In this document: piece by piece, positions 30,726 to 41,583 of the stretch
Layout of the letters: each line of letters opens with the position of its first letter
How positions within the stretch are numbered: the first letter of the stretch is position 1
Assembly: GCA_018623495.1 (NCBI GenBank)
Contig: JAAZVP010000005.1
Location: forward strand, 1,218-65,217
DNA: 64,000 nt
Source of the DNA: Halothiobacillus sp.
Lineage (GTDB): Bacteria > Pseudomonadota > Gammaproteobacteria > JAAZVP01
Reading direction: 5' to 3'
Translations under genes and position numbers: made by a program
The notes under the pieces: model-generated
Told to the model about the DNA's origin: nothing
Databases searched by the model: none
What the model saw: only the letters and a program-made list of their open reading frames with translations

Positions 30726-33700
30726 TCAATCCGCGCGCAGGCGATCGATGCGCCGGAAGGCATAGGCGTAGTAGACCACCGGGATCACCACCAGGGTGAG
30801 CACGGTGGAGACCAGCACGCCGAAGATCAGCGAGATGGCCAGGCCGTTGAAGATCGGGTCGTCGAGGATGAACAGCGCCCCGAGCATGGCCGCCAGCGCC
30901 GTGAGCACGATGGGCTTGGCCCGCACCGCGCCGGCCCGGATCACCGCCTCCTGCAGCTCCATGCCGTTTCTCACCGACTGGTTGATGAAGTCCACCAGCA
31001 GGATCGAGTTGCGCACGATGATCCCCGCCAGGGCGATCATGCCGATCATCGAGGGCGCGGTGAAGTTGGCCCCCAGCACGGCATGCCCCGGCATGATGCC
31101 GATCACGGTCAGCGGGATGGGCGCCATGATGATCAGCGGCACCAGGTAGGAGCGGAATTGCGCCACCACCAGCAGGTAGATCAGGATCAGGCCCACGCCG
31201 TAGGCGATGCCCATGTCGCGGAAGGTCTCGTAGGTGACCTGCCACTCCCCGTCCCACTTCATGCTGTAGTCGTCCGGGTTCTCCGGCTGGGCGATCAGGT
31301 GCTGGGTGAACGAGGGCCCGAAGGGCTCCTCGTCCATGATCCTGAGAAAGATCTCGAACATCCCGTAGAGCGGGCTGTCCAGGTCGCCCGCCATGTCCCC
31401 GGTCACCATCACCAGCGGCAGCAGGTTCTTGTGGTAGATGGTCTGCTCGCGGCGGGTGCGCTCGACCGAGACCACCTCGGAGATGGGGATCAGCTCCCCC
31501 TGGCGATTGGCCACCTTGAGCGCGAACAGGTCCTCGAGCGTGGACTTCACCTCCACCGGGTACTCCACCCGGATGGGGACCGGGTAGGCGAGGTTCTCGC
31601 CGTGCAGGAAGGAGACGTCCTCGCCGTCGAGGATGGTGTCCACGGCCCGGGCCACGCTGCGCTGGTCCACGCCCAGGGCGGCGGCCTTCTGCCGGTCGAC
31701 GTGGACGATCAGGCGCTCGCTGGGCGCGGTCACCGAGTCGTCGACGTCCACCACGCCCTCGGTCTGCTCGAACAGCTCGCGCACCTCCTTGGCGACCTCG
31801 ATCTGGCCCTGGTAGTCGAGGCCGTAGATCTCGGCGACCAGGGGCGCCATCACCGGCGGCCCCGGGGGCATCTCCACGATCTTGACGTTGGCATCGAAGC
31901 GCTCGCCCACCGCCTGCAGCGGTTCGCGCACCGCCTTGGCGATCTCGTGGCTCTGGCGCTCGCGGTGGTGCTTGTCGGTGAGGTTCACCTGGATCTCGCC
32001 GACGTTGGCGCCCTCGCGCAGGTAGTACTGGCGCACCAGGCCGTTGAAGTTGATGGGTGCGTTCTCGCCGACATAGACCTGGTAGTCGGTGACCTCGGGG
32101 ACCTCGCGCAGCTCGCCGGCGAGCGCGTCGAGCACGCGGGCGGTCTGCTCGAGACTGGTGCCCTCGGGCATGTCCACCACCACCTGGAACTCCGACTTGT
32201 TGTCGAAGGGCAGCATCTTGAGGATCACGGTCTTGTTGTAGCCGAGAAACAGCGAGGCCCCGATCAGCACCAGCACCACTACAAGCATCAGCCAGCGCAG
32301 GGGGGCGCCCTTGCGCTCGCGCAGCATGGGGCCGTTGACGGCGCGGAAGAAGCGGTAGAGCCGGTCGGAACCGGGCTTTTCCCGGCCGCCCTCTTCCCCG
32401 TGTCCGTGGTGCACCTTGAGCAGCTTGAGCGACAGCCAGGGGGTGATCACGAAGGCCACCGCCAGCGAGATCAGCATCCCGGTGCTGGCGTTGATGGGGA
32501 TGGGGCTCATGTAGGGCCCCATCAGGCCGCTGACGAAGGCCATGGGCATCAGCGCGGCGATCACGGTGAAGGTGGCCAGGATGGTGGGCCCGCCCACCTC
32601 GTCGACGGCCAGGGGAATGGCCTCGACCATCCGCTGACCGGTCTCCTGCATGTGGCGGTGGATGTTCTCCACCACCACGATGGCGTCGTCCACCAGGATG
32701 CCGATGGAGAAGATCAGCGCGAACAGCGAGACGCGGTTGAGGGTGAAGCCCCAGGCCCAGGAGGCGAACAGCGTCACCGCCAGGGTGATCAGCACCGCGG
32801 CACCCACCACGATCGCCTCGCGGATCCCCAGGAAAAGCGCCACCAGGATCACCACCACGCCGGTGGCGAAGACCAGCTTCTTCATCAGCTTCTTGGCCTT
32901 GGCGTCGGCGGTGGCCCCGTAGTTGCGGGTGACCGTGGCCTCCACGCCCTCGGGGATGTAGGTCCCCTTGAGGTCCTCGAAACGGTCGATCAGGCGCTCG
33001 GCGATGGTGACCGCGTTGGTGCCCGGCTTCTTGGCCACCGCCAGGGTCACCGCGGGGAACTGGCCGGCCGCCTCCAGGCCCTTGGCAGCCGCCGCCGGGC
33101 CGCTGCCGAACCAGACGTAGCTCTCCGGGGTGTCCGGCCCCAGGCGGATGTCGGCGACGTCCTCGAGATACACCGGCGCGCCGTCGTGCATGCCCACCAC
33201 CAGCGAGCTGACCTCCTCGGGGCGGGTCATGAAGTGGCCGGCCTGGACCGGGATCTCGAGGTTGTTGCCCACCAGCTCGCCGGCATCGCGCGAGGCGTTG
33301 GCCGCCAGCAGGCTGTTGCGCAGGGCATCCAGGGAGATGTCGTAGCCCGCCAGACGCTGGGGATCGAGGCGGACGTGGAGGACCTTGTCGGGCCCGCCCT
33401 TGGTGTAGATGTCGCGGGTGCCGGGCACGCGCTTGAGCTGGGTCTCGATGGCATGGGCCACCTCGAGCAGCTCGTGGGCACCGCGCGACTCGTCCTTCGT
33501 CCACAGCGTCAGCGAGACGATAGGCACGTCGTCGATGCCCTTGGGCTTGATGATCGGCTCGCCCACACCCAGCCCCCGCGGCAGGAAATCCTGGTTGGAG
33601 AAGATCTTGTTGTACAGGCGCACGATGGCCGCGGTGCGGTCCTCGCCCACCTCGTATTCCACCGTGATCACCGCCATGCCGGGACGGGACATGGAGTAGA

Positions 33701-33959
33701 TGTCGTCGACCCCCTTGATCTCGGAGAGCACCCGCTCGGCCGGTGTGGCCACCAGGCTCTCCACCTCCTCGGCGGTGGCGCCGGGGAAGGGGATGAAGAC
33801 GTTGGCGAAGGTCACGTCGATCTGCGGCTCCTCCTCGCGCGGCGTGACCAGCACCGCGAACAGCCCCAGCAGCAGGCCCACCAGGGCCAGCAGCGGGGTG
33901 ATCTCGGTGCGCAGGAACCGGTTCGCGATGCGCCCGGAAATGCCCAGTACGCTGCTCAT
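30726..33959 (-). CDS. RND efflux transporter permease subunit
   Basis: 1077 aa with 12-TM RND architecture and large periplasmic loops. Confidence 0.9.
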   Translation of the reverse strand: MSSVLGISGRIANRFLRTEITPLLALVGLLLGLFAVLVTPREEEPQIDVTFANVFIPFPGATAEEVESLVATPAERVLSEIKGVDDIYSMSRPGMAVITVEYEVGEDRTAAIVRLYNKIFSNQDFLPRGLGVGEPIIKPKGIDDVPIVSLTLWTKDESRGAHELLEVAHAIETQLKRVPGTRDIYTKGGPDKVLHVRLDPQRLAGYDISLDALRNSLLAANASRDAGELVGNNLEIPVQAGHFMTRPEEVSSLVVGMHDGAPVYLEDVADIRLGPDTPESYVWFGSGPAAAAKGLEAAGQFPAVTLAVAKKPGTNAVTIAERLIDRFEDLKGTYIPEGVEATVTRNYGATADAKAKKLMKKLVFATGVVVILVALFLGIREAIVVGAAVLITLAVTLFASWAWGFTLNRVSLFALIFSIGILVDDAIVVVENIHRHMQETGQRMVEAIPLAVDEVGGPTILATFTVIAALMPMAFVSGLMGPYMSPIPINASTGMLISLAVAFVITPWLSLKLLKVHHGHGEEGGREKPGSDRLYRFFRAVNGPMLRERKGAPLRWLMLVVVLVLIGASLFLGYNKTVILKMLPFDNKSEFQVVVDMPEGTSLEQTARVLDALAGELREVPEVTDYQVYVGENAPINFNGLVRQYYLREGANVGEIQVNLTDKHHRERQSHEIAKAVREPLQAVGERFDANVKIVEMPPGPPVMAPLVAEIYGLDYQGQIEVAKEVRELFEQTEGVVDVDDSVTAPSERLIVHVDRQKAAALGVDQRSVARAVDTILDGEDVSFLHGENLAYPVPIRVEYPVEVKSTLEDLFALKVANRQGELIPISEVVSVERTRREQTIYHKNLLPLVMVTGDMAGDLDSPLYGMFEIFLRIMDEEPFGPSFTQHLIAQPENPDDYSMKWDGEWQVTYETFRDMGIAYGVGLILIYLLVVAQFRSYLVPLIIMAPIPLTVIGIMPGHAVLGANFTAPSMIGMIALAGIIVRNSILLVDFINQSVRNGMELQEAVIRAGAVRAKPIVLTALAAMLGALFILDDPIFNGLAISLIFGVLVSTVLTLVVIPVVYYAYAFRRIDRLRAD

Positions 33960-35059
33960 CAGCCGTGCTCCCCGGCCGCGCCCTGCTCGGCCTCCCGGCG
34001 GAACTGTTCACGGGCGACGACGCCCGCCCGGACCGGGTCGACCGCCACCTGCTCGCCGTCCTCCAGGCCGGCGAGGATCACCACGCGGCCGTCGATGCGA
34101 TGCCCCAGGCGCACGTGGCGCATGTGGACCTTGCCCTCGGCATCCACCACGTACACCGCGGTGACCTCGCTGCGGTGGGCCACGGCCTCTGCCGGCACCG
34201 TCAACCGCCGATCGGTACCCAGGTCGAAGGCCACCTTGACGAACATCCCCGGGAACAGCCCCTCGGTGCCCTTGGGCAGGTTGACCCGCACGCGAAAGGA
34301 GTGGGTGGTGGGATCGGCGTAGGGGTAGAAAGTGAGCGACTCCGCGTCGATCTCGCGGGCCTCGCCGTTGGTGGCCCCGGCCCCGGGCTCGCTCACCAGC
34401 ACCCGCGCCTTGCGCCGCTCGCGCACGGGGTCGATGAAGCGCTGGGGCACATGGACCACCACCCGCATCTCCTCGAGCGACAGCCCCGAAATCAGCTTCT
34501 GGCCGACGTTGGCGGCCTCGCCCTCCTCCACGTGGCGCTCGGTGACGATGCCGGAGAAGGGTGCGCGCACGACCGTGTAGGAGAGCTGTTCCTCGGCCTC
34601 CTCGACCTGGGCGCGGGCCGCTTCCAGTCGGGCCCGGGCGGAGTCCAGGGCGGCCTCGGCGCGGTCCATCTGCGAGCGTGAGACCAGGTCCCGCTCGAAG
34701 ATGTCCTTCACCCGCCGATACTCCGAGCGGGCCTCCTCGAAGCGGGCCTGGGCCTCGGTCAGGCTGGCCCGGGCCTGGGACAGCTGGGCCCGCTGCGACT
34801 CGTCGCGAAAGCGCAGGATGACGTCGCCTTCCTCCACGTAGTCGTCGACGTCGAAGTTGAGCTCGCGGATCCTTCCCGAGGTCTCGGCGGTCAGCGTGGC
34901 CTGGGTGACCGCCTCCACGGTCCCGTCCAGCAGGCGCATGCGGGGGACGTTGGTCCACTCCGCCGGTTTCACCTCGAGACCGGCGGCACCCGTCTCGGCG
35001 GCGGCCAGCGGGGCGGCGGCCCACAGACCCAGGCTCAGAATCATCAGCAATCGACGCAT
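33959..35059 (-). CDS. RND efflux periplasmic adaptor (membrane fusion protein)
   Basis: Start MRRLLMILSLGLWAAAPLAAA (signal peptide), then a coiled-coil hairpin and barrel domains. Its stop overlaps the RND start. Confidence 0.8.
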   Translation of the reverse strand: MRRLLMILSLGLWAAAPLAAAETGAAGLEVKPAEWTNVPRMRLLDGTVEAVTQATLTAETSGRIRELNFDVDDYVEEGDVILRFRDESQRAQLSQARASLTEAQARFEEARSEYRRVKDIFERDLVSRSQMDRAEAALDSARARLEAARAQVEEAEEQLSYTVVRAPFSGIVTERHVEEGEAANVGQKLISGLSLEEMRVVVHVPQRFIDPVRERRKARVLVSEPGAGATNGEAREIDAESLTFYPYADPTTHSFRVRVNLPKGTEGLFPGMFVKVAFDLGTDRRLTVPAEAVAHRSEVTAVYVVDAEGKVHMRHVRLGHRIDGRVVILAGLEDGEQVAVDPVRAGVVAREQFRREAEQGAAGEHG

Positions 35060-35226
35060 GGCTCCAGCTCTCCAACAGCGGTTTGGCGCGTATCCTACCA
35101 GAGCAATATTAGTTTTTTCTAATACGCAGCAATTCGGCTGATCCGTCGGGCGCGAGAAACTGGTGTTCAACCAGTGTAGTGGCTAACCTTAGGGTCTGAT
35201 CGAATCTTCAACGGGAGAGGCACGCC

Positions 35227-35694
35227 ATGATGAAGGGAGTCAGCCTCGTGTTGCTCGCGCTGGTCGGTCTGACCGGCACGATCGCGGCCCAGGCGGAAAT
35301 CTACAAGTGGACCGACAAGGACGGCGTCACCCACTACTCCGAGATCCCGCCCTCGGAGAACGGCGCCGCGCCGGTGGACGATCCCTATGCCGACGGCGAC
35401 CGACCGTCCCGGCCCGCGCCCGCGCCCGCCGGCCCGGCGAAGCAGCCCGCCCCGGAGAAGCCCGCGGAGCCCGAGGCGGAGGCCGGGGACGGCGAGAAGC
35501 CGGCCGACGACATGCCCGACGAGGTGGCCGCCTGGCACTGCAACAAGGCCCGCGAGCAGCTCGAGAAACTCGAGACCAACCCGGGTCGCCTGCTGCAGAA
35601 GAACGAGGCCGGCGAGTACGAGCGGGTGAGCGAGGAGCAGCGGCAACAGATGATGAACGAGCAGAAGAAGCGGATCGAGCGCTTCTGCCGCTGA
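35227..35694 (+). CDS. DUF4124 domain exported protein
   Basis: A signal peptide is followed by the IYKWTDKDGVTHYSE motif typical of DUF4124. Confidence 0.65.
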   Translation: MMKGVSLVLLALVGLTGTIAAQAEIYKWTDKDGVTHYSEIPPSENGAAPVDDPYADGDRPSRPAPAPAGPAKQPAPEKPAEPEAEAGDGEKPADDMPDEVAAWHCNKAREQLEKLETNPGRLLQKNEAGEYERVSEEQRQQMMNEQKKRIERFCR

Positions 35695-35740
35695 CCCGCG
35701 ACCACCACGCGAACCGCAACGGATCCACCGAGGAGCATCC

Positions 35741-36085
35741 ATGCCACAACTGCGAATCCTGACCAACGTCGAGCTCGACGCGGCCCGCAGCGAGGAGCTG
35801 CTGCACAAGGCCTCGGCGGAAGTCGCGGACATGCTGGGCAAGGCCGAGCGCTTCGTCATGGTGGTGATCGAGGGCGGTCACCACATGAGCATGGGCGGCT
35901 CGAACGAGGCCTGCGCCTACCTCGAGCTCAAGAGCATCGGCCTGCCCGAGGAGCGCACCGCCGAGTTCTCCAGCCGCCTGGCCAACTTCGTCGAGGCCCA
36001 CCTGGCGATCCACGCACCGCGCGTCTACATCGAGTTCGCCAACGCCGAACGCCACATGTGGGGCTGGGACGGCAAGACCTTCTGA
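35741..36085 (+). CDS. MIF/tautomerase-superfamily protein (phenylpyruvate tautomerase-like)
   Basis: 114 aa starting MPQL; Pro-1 after Met removal is the catalytic residue of MIF-family tautomerases. Confidence 0.65.
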   Translation: MPQLRILTNVELDAARSEELLHKASAEVADMLGKAERFVMVVIEGGHHMSMGGSNEACAYLELKSIGLPEERTAEFSSRLANFVEAHLAIHAPRVYIEFANAERHMWGWDGKTF

Positions 36086-36168
36086 CGGCCGGCCCCCTGC
36101 CCCCGCCGATTCACGGCGGCCCGCCGTCGGCGGGCCGCTTTCGTTCAAAAACCGGAAAAACGACACGA

Positions 36169-37890
36169 CCCATGCGAGCGACCCGCTTTCCTCTCTCGAC
36201 CCTCAAGGAAACCCCCGCCGACGCCGATATCGTCAGCCACCAGCTGATGCTGCGCGCCGGCATGATCCGCCAGCTGAGCAGTGGCCTCTACACCTGGATG
36301 CCGCTGGGCCTGCGCGTGCTGCGCCGGGTGGAGGCCATCGTGCGCGAGGAGATGGACCGCGCCGGAGCCCTGGAGGTCCTGATGCCCGCCGTCCAGCCGG
36401 CCGAGCTGTGGGAGGAATCCGGGCGCTGGCAGAAGTACGGCCCCGAGCTGTTGCGCCTCAAGGACCGCCACGACCGCGACTTCTGCTTCGGCCCCACCCA
36501 CGAGGAGGTGGTCACCGACCTCGCCCGCCGGGAACTGCGCAGCTACAAGCAGCTGCCGGTGACCCACTACCAGATCCAGACCAAGTTCCGCGACGAGATC
36601 CGGCCGCGCTTCGGCGTGATGCGCTCGCGGGAATTTTTGATGAAGGACGCCTACTCCTTCCACATGGACGATGCCTCGCTGGCCGAGACCTACGGCCTCA
36701 TGGTGGACGCCTACAGCCGCATCTTCTCGCGGCTGGGCCTCGACTTCCGCGCCGTGGAGGCCGACACCGGCAGCATCGGCGGCCGCGCCTCGCACGAGTT
36801 CCACGTGCTGGCCGACTCCGGCGAGGACGCCATCGCCTTCTCCAGCGAGAGCGAATTCGCCGCCAACGTCGAGCTCGCCGCCGCCCTGCCCCCCGAGGCG
36901 CCGCGCCCCGAGCCGCGCGAGGCGCTGGCCACCGTGGACACGCCCGACCAGCAGAGCATCGCCGAGGTCGCCGCGTTCCTCGACGTGCCGCCCTCGCAGT
37001 GTGTCAAGACCCTGATCGTCGAGGGTGCCGAAGGCGACCCGGTGGCCCTGGTGCTGCGCGGCGACCACGAGCTCAACGACATCAAGGCCGAGGCCCTCGA
37101 GGCGGTCGCCGAACCCCTGGCCTTCGCCGACGAGGCCACCATCCGCCGGGTCGCCGGCAGCGGCCCCGGCTCGCTGGGCCCCCGCGGGCTGGAGATCCCG
37201 GTGATCGTCGACCACGCCGCCGCCCGCGCGGCGGACTTCGTCTGCGGCGCCAACGTCGACGGCCAGCACCTGCGGGGCGTCAACTGGGGCCGGGACCTGC
37301 CCGAGCCCGAGACCGCCGACCTGCGCAACGTGGTCGAGGGCGACCCCTCGCCGGACGGTCGCGGGCACCTCTCCATCGTCCGCGGCATCGAGGTGGGCCA
37401 CGTCTTCCAGCTCGGCGACACCTATTCCCGCGCCATGGGCCTGACGGTGCTCGACGAATCCGGCCGCGAGCGCACCCCCACCATGGGTTGCTACGGCATC
37501 GGCGTGTCGCGGCTGGTGGCGGCGGCCATCGAGCAGAACCACGACGACCGCGGCATCCGCTGGCCCGAGCCCATCGCGCCGTTCCAGCTGGCCCTGATCC
37601 CCATCAACCTGCACAAGTCCGAGCGCCTGCGGGAGGCCGTGGAGAGGCTCTACACGGAACTCCGGGCCGCCGGCATCGACGTCCTGCTCGACGACCGTGA
37701 TGCCCGGCCGGGCTTCAAGTTCGCCGACTGCGAGTTGATCGGCATCCCCCACCGGCTGGTGATCAGCGAGCGCGGCCTGGATGCCGGGCAGGTGGAATAC
37801 CGCCGCCGCGGCGACGACCAGAGCAGCGACCGGCCCCTGGAAGGCATCGTCGAATTCCTGCGGGGACAGGTGGATGGCGGGGCGGGCTGA
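36169..37890 (+). CDS. proS: proline--tRNA ligase
   Basis: Start [34 protein letters not shown], with class II aaRS motifs and an INS editing domain. Confidence 0.95.
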   Translation, partial: PMRATRFPLSTLKETPADADIVSHQLMLRAGMIRQLSSGLYTWMPLGLRVLRRVEAIVREEMDRAGALEVLMPAVQPAELWEESGRWQKYGPELLRLKDRHDRDFCFGPTHEEVVTDLARRELRSYKQLPVTHYQIQTKFRDEIRPRFGVMRSREFLMKDAYSFHMDDASLAETYGLMVDAYSRIFSRLGLDFRAVEADTGSIGGRASHEFHVLADSGEDAIAFSSESEFAANVELAAALPPEAPRPEPREALATVDTPDQQSIAEVAAFLDVPPSQCVKTLIVEGAEGDPVALVLRGDHELNDIKAEALEAVAEPLAFADEATIRRVAGSGPGSLGPRGLEIPVIVDHAAARAADFVCGANVDGQHLRGVNWGRDLPEPETADLRNVVEGDPSPDGRGHLSIVRGIEVGHVFQLGDTYSRAMGLTVLDESGRERTPTMGCYGIGVSRLVAAAIEQNHDDRGIRWPEPIAPFQLALIPINLHKSERLREAVERLYTELRAAGIDVLLDDRDARPGFKFADCELIGIPHRLVISERGLDAGQVEYRRRGDDQSSDRPLEGIVEFLRGQVDGGAG

Positions 37891-38458
37891 CCGGTCCCGC
37901 CGACCGCTGGCCTGGCTGCTGGCGGCGATCCTGCTCGTCCCGGCCGCGGTCGGGGCCCGTGACGTCGACCCCGAGTTGCGGGCCAAGCTCAAGGCCGCCG
38001 TGGAGCTCTCGGACAGCTTCCGGGACCGCTTCGCGGCCGAGGTCTGGCTGTTCGACATGTCCAACCGACTGGCCGACCGGGTGCCCGACGCCGACTATCG
38101 CCTGCGCCTGCTGCGCCTGGTGCACCAGGAAGCGACCCGCGTGGACCTGCCGCCGGAGCTGGTGCTGGCGGTGATCGAGGTGGAGAGCGGTTTCGACCGC
38201 TTCGCCCTGTCCCACGCCGGGGCGCAGGGGCTGATGCAGGTGATGCCCTTCTGGCTCGAGGAGATCGGCCACCCGGAGGACAACCTGATCGAGATGCGCA
38301 CCAACCTGCGCATGGGCTGCACCATCCTGCGCCACTACCTGGACATGGAGGACGGCGAGCTGGCGCCGGCCCTGGCACGCTACAACGGCAGCCTGGGCAG
38401 CCGACGCTATCCCGACCGGGTGCTCACGGCCCTGAGCGAGCGCTGGTACCAGCGCTGA
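37874..38458 (+). CDS. lytic transglycosylase (SLT domain, MltE/EmtA-like)
   Basis: A signal peptide is followed by [27 protein letters not shown], the SLT catalytic Glu motif. It overlaps the proS end by 17 nt. Confidence 0.75.
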   Translation: MAGRADRSRRPLAWLLAAILLVPAAVGARDVDPELRAKLKAAVELSDSFRDRFAAEVWLFDMSNRLADRVPDADYRLRLLRLVHQEATRVDLPPELVLAVIEVESGFDRFALSHAGAQGLMQVMPFWLEEIGHPEDNLIEMRTNLRMGCTILRHYLDMEDGELAPALARYNGSLGSRRYPDRVLTALSERWYQR

Positions 38459-38494
38459 CCGGACCTGGCTCGCCGGGCGGGGCCGGCAGGCCGC

Positions 38495-38758
38495 TCAGCC
38501 GGTGGTGAAATCGGCGGGGACGGGTTCGGGCGCTTCGGCCGGCTGGCAGTCGAGGTCGCTCACCACCGCCATCCGCGGCCCTTCCCCGAGCCACTCGCGC
38601 AGCTCGGCCAGGGCCGCATCCGGGCCGCAGGCGAGCACCTCCACGCTACCATCGGAACGGTTGAGCGCATGACCCACCAGCCCCAGCGCCCGGGCCCGTT
38701 CCCGGGTGGACTGGCGGAAGAACACCCCCTGGACACGGCCGGTCACGCGGCAGCGCAT
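38495..38758 (-). CDS. acyP: acylphosphatase
   Basis: 87 aa with the VTGRVQGVFFR acylphosphatase signature. Confidence 0.85.
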   Translation of the reverse strand: MRCRVTGRVQGVFFRQSTRERARALGLVGHALNRSDGSVEVLACGPDAALAELREWLGEGPRMAVVSDLDCQPAEAPEPVPADFTTG

Positions 38759-38763
38759 GCAAC

Positions 38764-39528
38764 TCACGGCAGGCTGACCTCCGCCTCCTGCCCGGCCACC
38801 AGGCCTTCGCCACCGGTGAACGCCACTTCCACGGCGTAGCCGTCCTCGGTGGGTGCCACGGCCACCACTTCGGCGTCGAACGCCTCGCCGCCGACGCTCA
38901 CCCGGGCCGCGTCGCCCAGCACCACTCCCGCGGCCTGTTCGGCCGTGACACGGACGCGGGCGCGCATGCGATCGGCACGGGCCACCTCCACCAGCGGCCG
39001 GGCGCTCTGCTCGGCGATCACCGCCTCGCCCGGCGCGACGTGCACCGCCAGCACCCGTGCGGGAAACGGCGCGTTGATCTCGGCGTACTCTCGGTCGAGC
39101 TTCGCCAGTGCCAGCCCCGCCCGGGCCTGGCGATAATCGGCGTCGACGGCGAGGAAGGCGATCTCGTCCTGGCGCAGCTCCACCTCCGAGAGCACGGTAC
39201 GGTCGAAGAGCTCCTGGGAACGCTCGAACGCGCGCTTGGCCTCGTCGCGTTCCGGCTCGATGCCCTCGACCCGCGCCCGGGCCCGCTCGACACGGGCATC
39301 GAAGGGTCGCGCGTCCAGGGCCACCAGGCGCTCGCCGGTCTCGACCCGCTGACCGGGGGCGACGGCGACGGTGGCCACCTTGCCCGAGACCGGGGTGGAC
39401 AGGGCCACCTTGCCGGCCCAGGTGAGCTGGGCGGGGTAGTCCGCGGCGCCGGCCACGCCGGCGGCCAGCCACAGGGCGCCCGCAACGAGCGACTGTGCGC
39501 GGCGGATCGTGGTTCGCTTGCTCATGCC
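38764..39528 (-). CDS. HlyD-family periplasmic adaptor subunit
   Basis: Start MSKRTTIRRAQSLVAGALWLAAGVAGA (signal peptide), with biotinyl-lipoyl and barrel-sandwich segments. Confidence 0.7.
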   Translation of the reverse strand, partial: GMSKRTTIRRAQSLVAGALWLAAGVAGAADYPAQLTWAGKVALSTPVSGKVATVAVAPGQRVETGERLVALDARPFDARVERARARVEGIEPERDEAKRAFERSQELFDRTVLSEVELRQDEIAFLAVDADYRQARAGLALAKLDREYAEINAPFPARVLAVHVAPGEAVIAEQSARPLVEVARADRMRARVRVTAEQAAGVVLGDAARVSVGGEAFDAEVVAVAPTEDGYAVEVAFTGGEGLVAGQEAEVSLP

Positions 39529-39529
39529 T

Positions 39530-40849
39530 TCATTCCTCCGGTTCCAGTGCGCTGACGGTGCGTCCCATGAGGGCCTGCAGTTCGGCCCAGGCCAGCGCCA
39601 TCGCGAATTCGGTCTGGCGCATCCTGAAGCGGGCACGGGTGTGCTCTACCAGGGCATCGCCCAGGTCGGTGGCCACCTCCAGGTCGTAGAGGGAACGCGC
39701 CCGGTCGAGATAGATCTCGCGGTAGTCGAAGCGGACCCAGTCCGACTCGCGGCGCGCCTGGAGGTCGGCGATCTGCTGCCAGAGCTCCAGGGCCCGCTGG
39801 CGAATGTCGCGCCGGGCCTCGGCCAGTCGCGCCTGGGCACGCAGCTTCTCGGCGCGGGCCTCGGCCACCGCCGCGGCCACGCGCCCGCCCCGGTAGAGGG
39901 GCACGTTCAGGCGCAGGCCCGCCTGGAGATCGTCGCGGCCGGAGAGATCGCGCCGGTAGGCATTGGCCGCCAGCTCCAAATCCAGGCTCGGCCGGCCGCT
40001 GCGCCGGGCCGCCTCGATCCGCCCCTGGGCGGCCTCCACGGCCTTTTGCAGGGCCTGGATGCGGGGATTGTTCTCCAGGGCCTTCTCGATGATCGCCTCG
40101 AGCTCGCCGCGTTCGCGGTCGAAGAGGTGGCCGAAGTCCGGCGGCACGAGTTCGGCGGGCACCTCCTCGGGCCGGTCGAGGATCTCGGCCAGTGCCTGGC
40201 GGGTGGTGCGCTGGCGGTTGGCGGCGGCGGTGCGCCGGGCCAGCACCTCCTGGTACTCGGCCTCCGCCGCCAGCAGGTCCACGTCGTTGATCTCGCCGAG
40301 CTCGGAGCGGTCCTCGACCTTGTCGAAGTCGATGAACTCGATGGCCATGCGCTCGTTGATCACGCGGTACTCGATGTCGGCAAGGAGGACGTCGAAGAAG
40401 CGGCGCATGATCTCCAGCCGGCGTTGCTGCAGCCGGTCGACATAGCCCTGCTCGGCACTGTCGACCTCGGCGGCACTGGCCCCTTCCAGGGCGTCACGCC
40501 GGCCCGCGTCCCAGAGGCGCTTGCTGGCATAGATCCCCAGCTGATGGTCGTCGCGGTGGTCGGCCAGGTCGCTGGCCTCTTCGTTGGGATCGACGAAGCG
40601 CAGCTGGCCCTCGGCCCGCACTTCCCAGCCGTAGCCGGCTTCGATGGCCGCCTGGCGGGCCTCGGCGGCATCCACCTGCGCCTTTCCCAGGAGCACGTCA
40701 TAGTGCGGTGCGCCGGCCATGGAGAGCGCATCCCCCAGGCCCAGCGGCTGCGGCAATGGCGCGGACTCCGCCCCGGCCGCGGAAACGGCCAGGCCGGTGG
40801 CGGCGGCGAGAAGGCGTGCGCGCCAGCGACGTGCGGCACGGTAGCTCAT
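39530..40849 (-). CDS. TolC-family outer membrane efflux protein
   Basis: The start MSYRAARRWRARLLAAATGLAVSAAGA is followed by two TolC repeat halves. Its stop overlaps the adaptor start. Confidence 0.8.
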   Translation of the reverse strand: MSYRAARRWRARLLAAATGLAVSAAGAESAPLPQPLGLGDALSMAGAPHYDVLLGKAQVDAAEARQAAIEAGYGWEVRAEGQLRFVDPNEEASDLADHRDDHQLGIYASKRLWDAGRRDALEGASAAEVDSAEQGYVDRLQQRRLEIMRRFFDVLLADIEYRVINERMAIEFIDFDKVEDRSELGEINDVDLLAAEAEYQEVLARRTAAANRQRTTRQALAEILDRPEEVPAELVPPDFGHLFDRERGELEAIIEKALENNPRIQALQKAVEAAQGRIEAARRSGRPSLDLELAANAYRRDLSGRDDLQAGLRLNVPLYRGGRVAAAVAEARAEKLRAQARLAEARRDIRQRALELWQQIADLQARRESDWVRFDYREIYLDRARSLYDLEVATDLGDALVEHTRARFRMRQTEFAMALAWAELQALMGRTVSALEPEE

Positions 40850-40932
40850 GTGCACGGACTCACCTCCGTGTTCTGTCTCTGGGATGGGCCCCGGCCGGGC
40901 CGGGGCGTCGGTCTGCCGGTCCCGGGTCGCGA

Positions 40933-41490
40933 TCAGCGCTGCTCGCGGCGCTTCTGGCGCTTGTACCGGGTGAAGCTGGTGTTCTTGTAGTGGCCCTCGG
41001 CGAAAAACTCGCCCAGCCACAGGAACTGGTCGGCGGTGGAGGTGGGGCCGGTATGGCGGACCTTGAGCTCTCCGTCGAGGCCGAAGAAGGCGAGCACCGG
41101 GGTGGCGCGGACGCGGTACTTGTCGAAGGCGAACTCCTTCTGCTTCATCCGGTTGCCCTCGAAATCGGTGATTTCCAGGTCGCCTTCGATGTCGACGGTG
41201 AAGTTGCGGAAGTGCTCGCGGTAGTAGTCCTGCACCTCCACCTGGTTGAGCTGGGTGGTGCGCATGCGGTGACAGAAGGGGCACTCGTCCATCTCGAAGA
41301 AGATGAAGATGCCGTCCTTGCCCTCGTCCCGGGCGATCTGCAGCTCCTCGGAGAAATCACCGAAGGTGGAGTTGAAGAAGTGGTCATCCGGGGCACGGGT
41401 TTCCGCGGCGGCCACCGCGACACCCAGCTGAACGACCAGGAGGGTGAACAGAAGGAGCAGTCTATTCATCTCGGGCACCTGCTTCGCCAT
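40933..41490 (-). CDS. periplasmic thioredoxin-fold protein (CPFC active site)
   Basis: A signal peptide is followed by FIFFEMDECPFCHRM, a CxxC motif in a thioredoxin-like fold. Confidence 0.6.
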   Translation of the reverse strand: MAKQVPEMNRLLLLFTLLVVQLGVAVAAAETRAPDDHFFNSTFGDFSEELQIARDEGKDGIFIFFEMDECPFCHRMRTTQLNQVEVQDYYREHFRNFTVDIEGDLEITDFEGNRMKQKEFAFDKYRVRATPVLAFFGLDGELKVRHTGPTSTADQFLWLGEFFAEGHYKNTSFTRYKRQKRREQR

Positions 41491-41583
41491 GGACTAAAAC
41501 GCATATTCTAGCGAGCGAGACTCGGCTGGCGAATAAAACTTCATTATCCCGGGTATTTTGATGCCCTATCACCAGCCCGGCCG

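Noticed and set aside
35150-35215. Possible tRNA-like T-arm (gtctgatcgaatc) in the MFP/DUF4124 intergenic region
   Set aside because: There is no acceptor stem, anticodon arm or GTTCGAATC consensus. It is not a tRNA.
36058-36168. N-terminal extension of proS, with similar track extensions on ffh, trmD, folE2, egtE-like and the TolC-like gene
   Set aside because: The extensions encode low-complexity Pro/Arg/Gly sequence with no homology. Conserved N-termini (e.g. MFENLTDRL for Ffh, [11 protein letters not shown] for TrmD) identify the internal starts.
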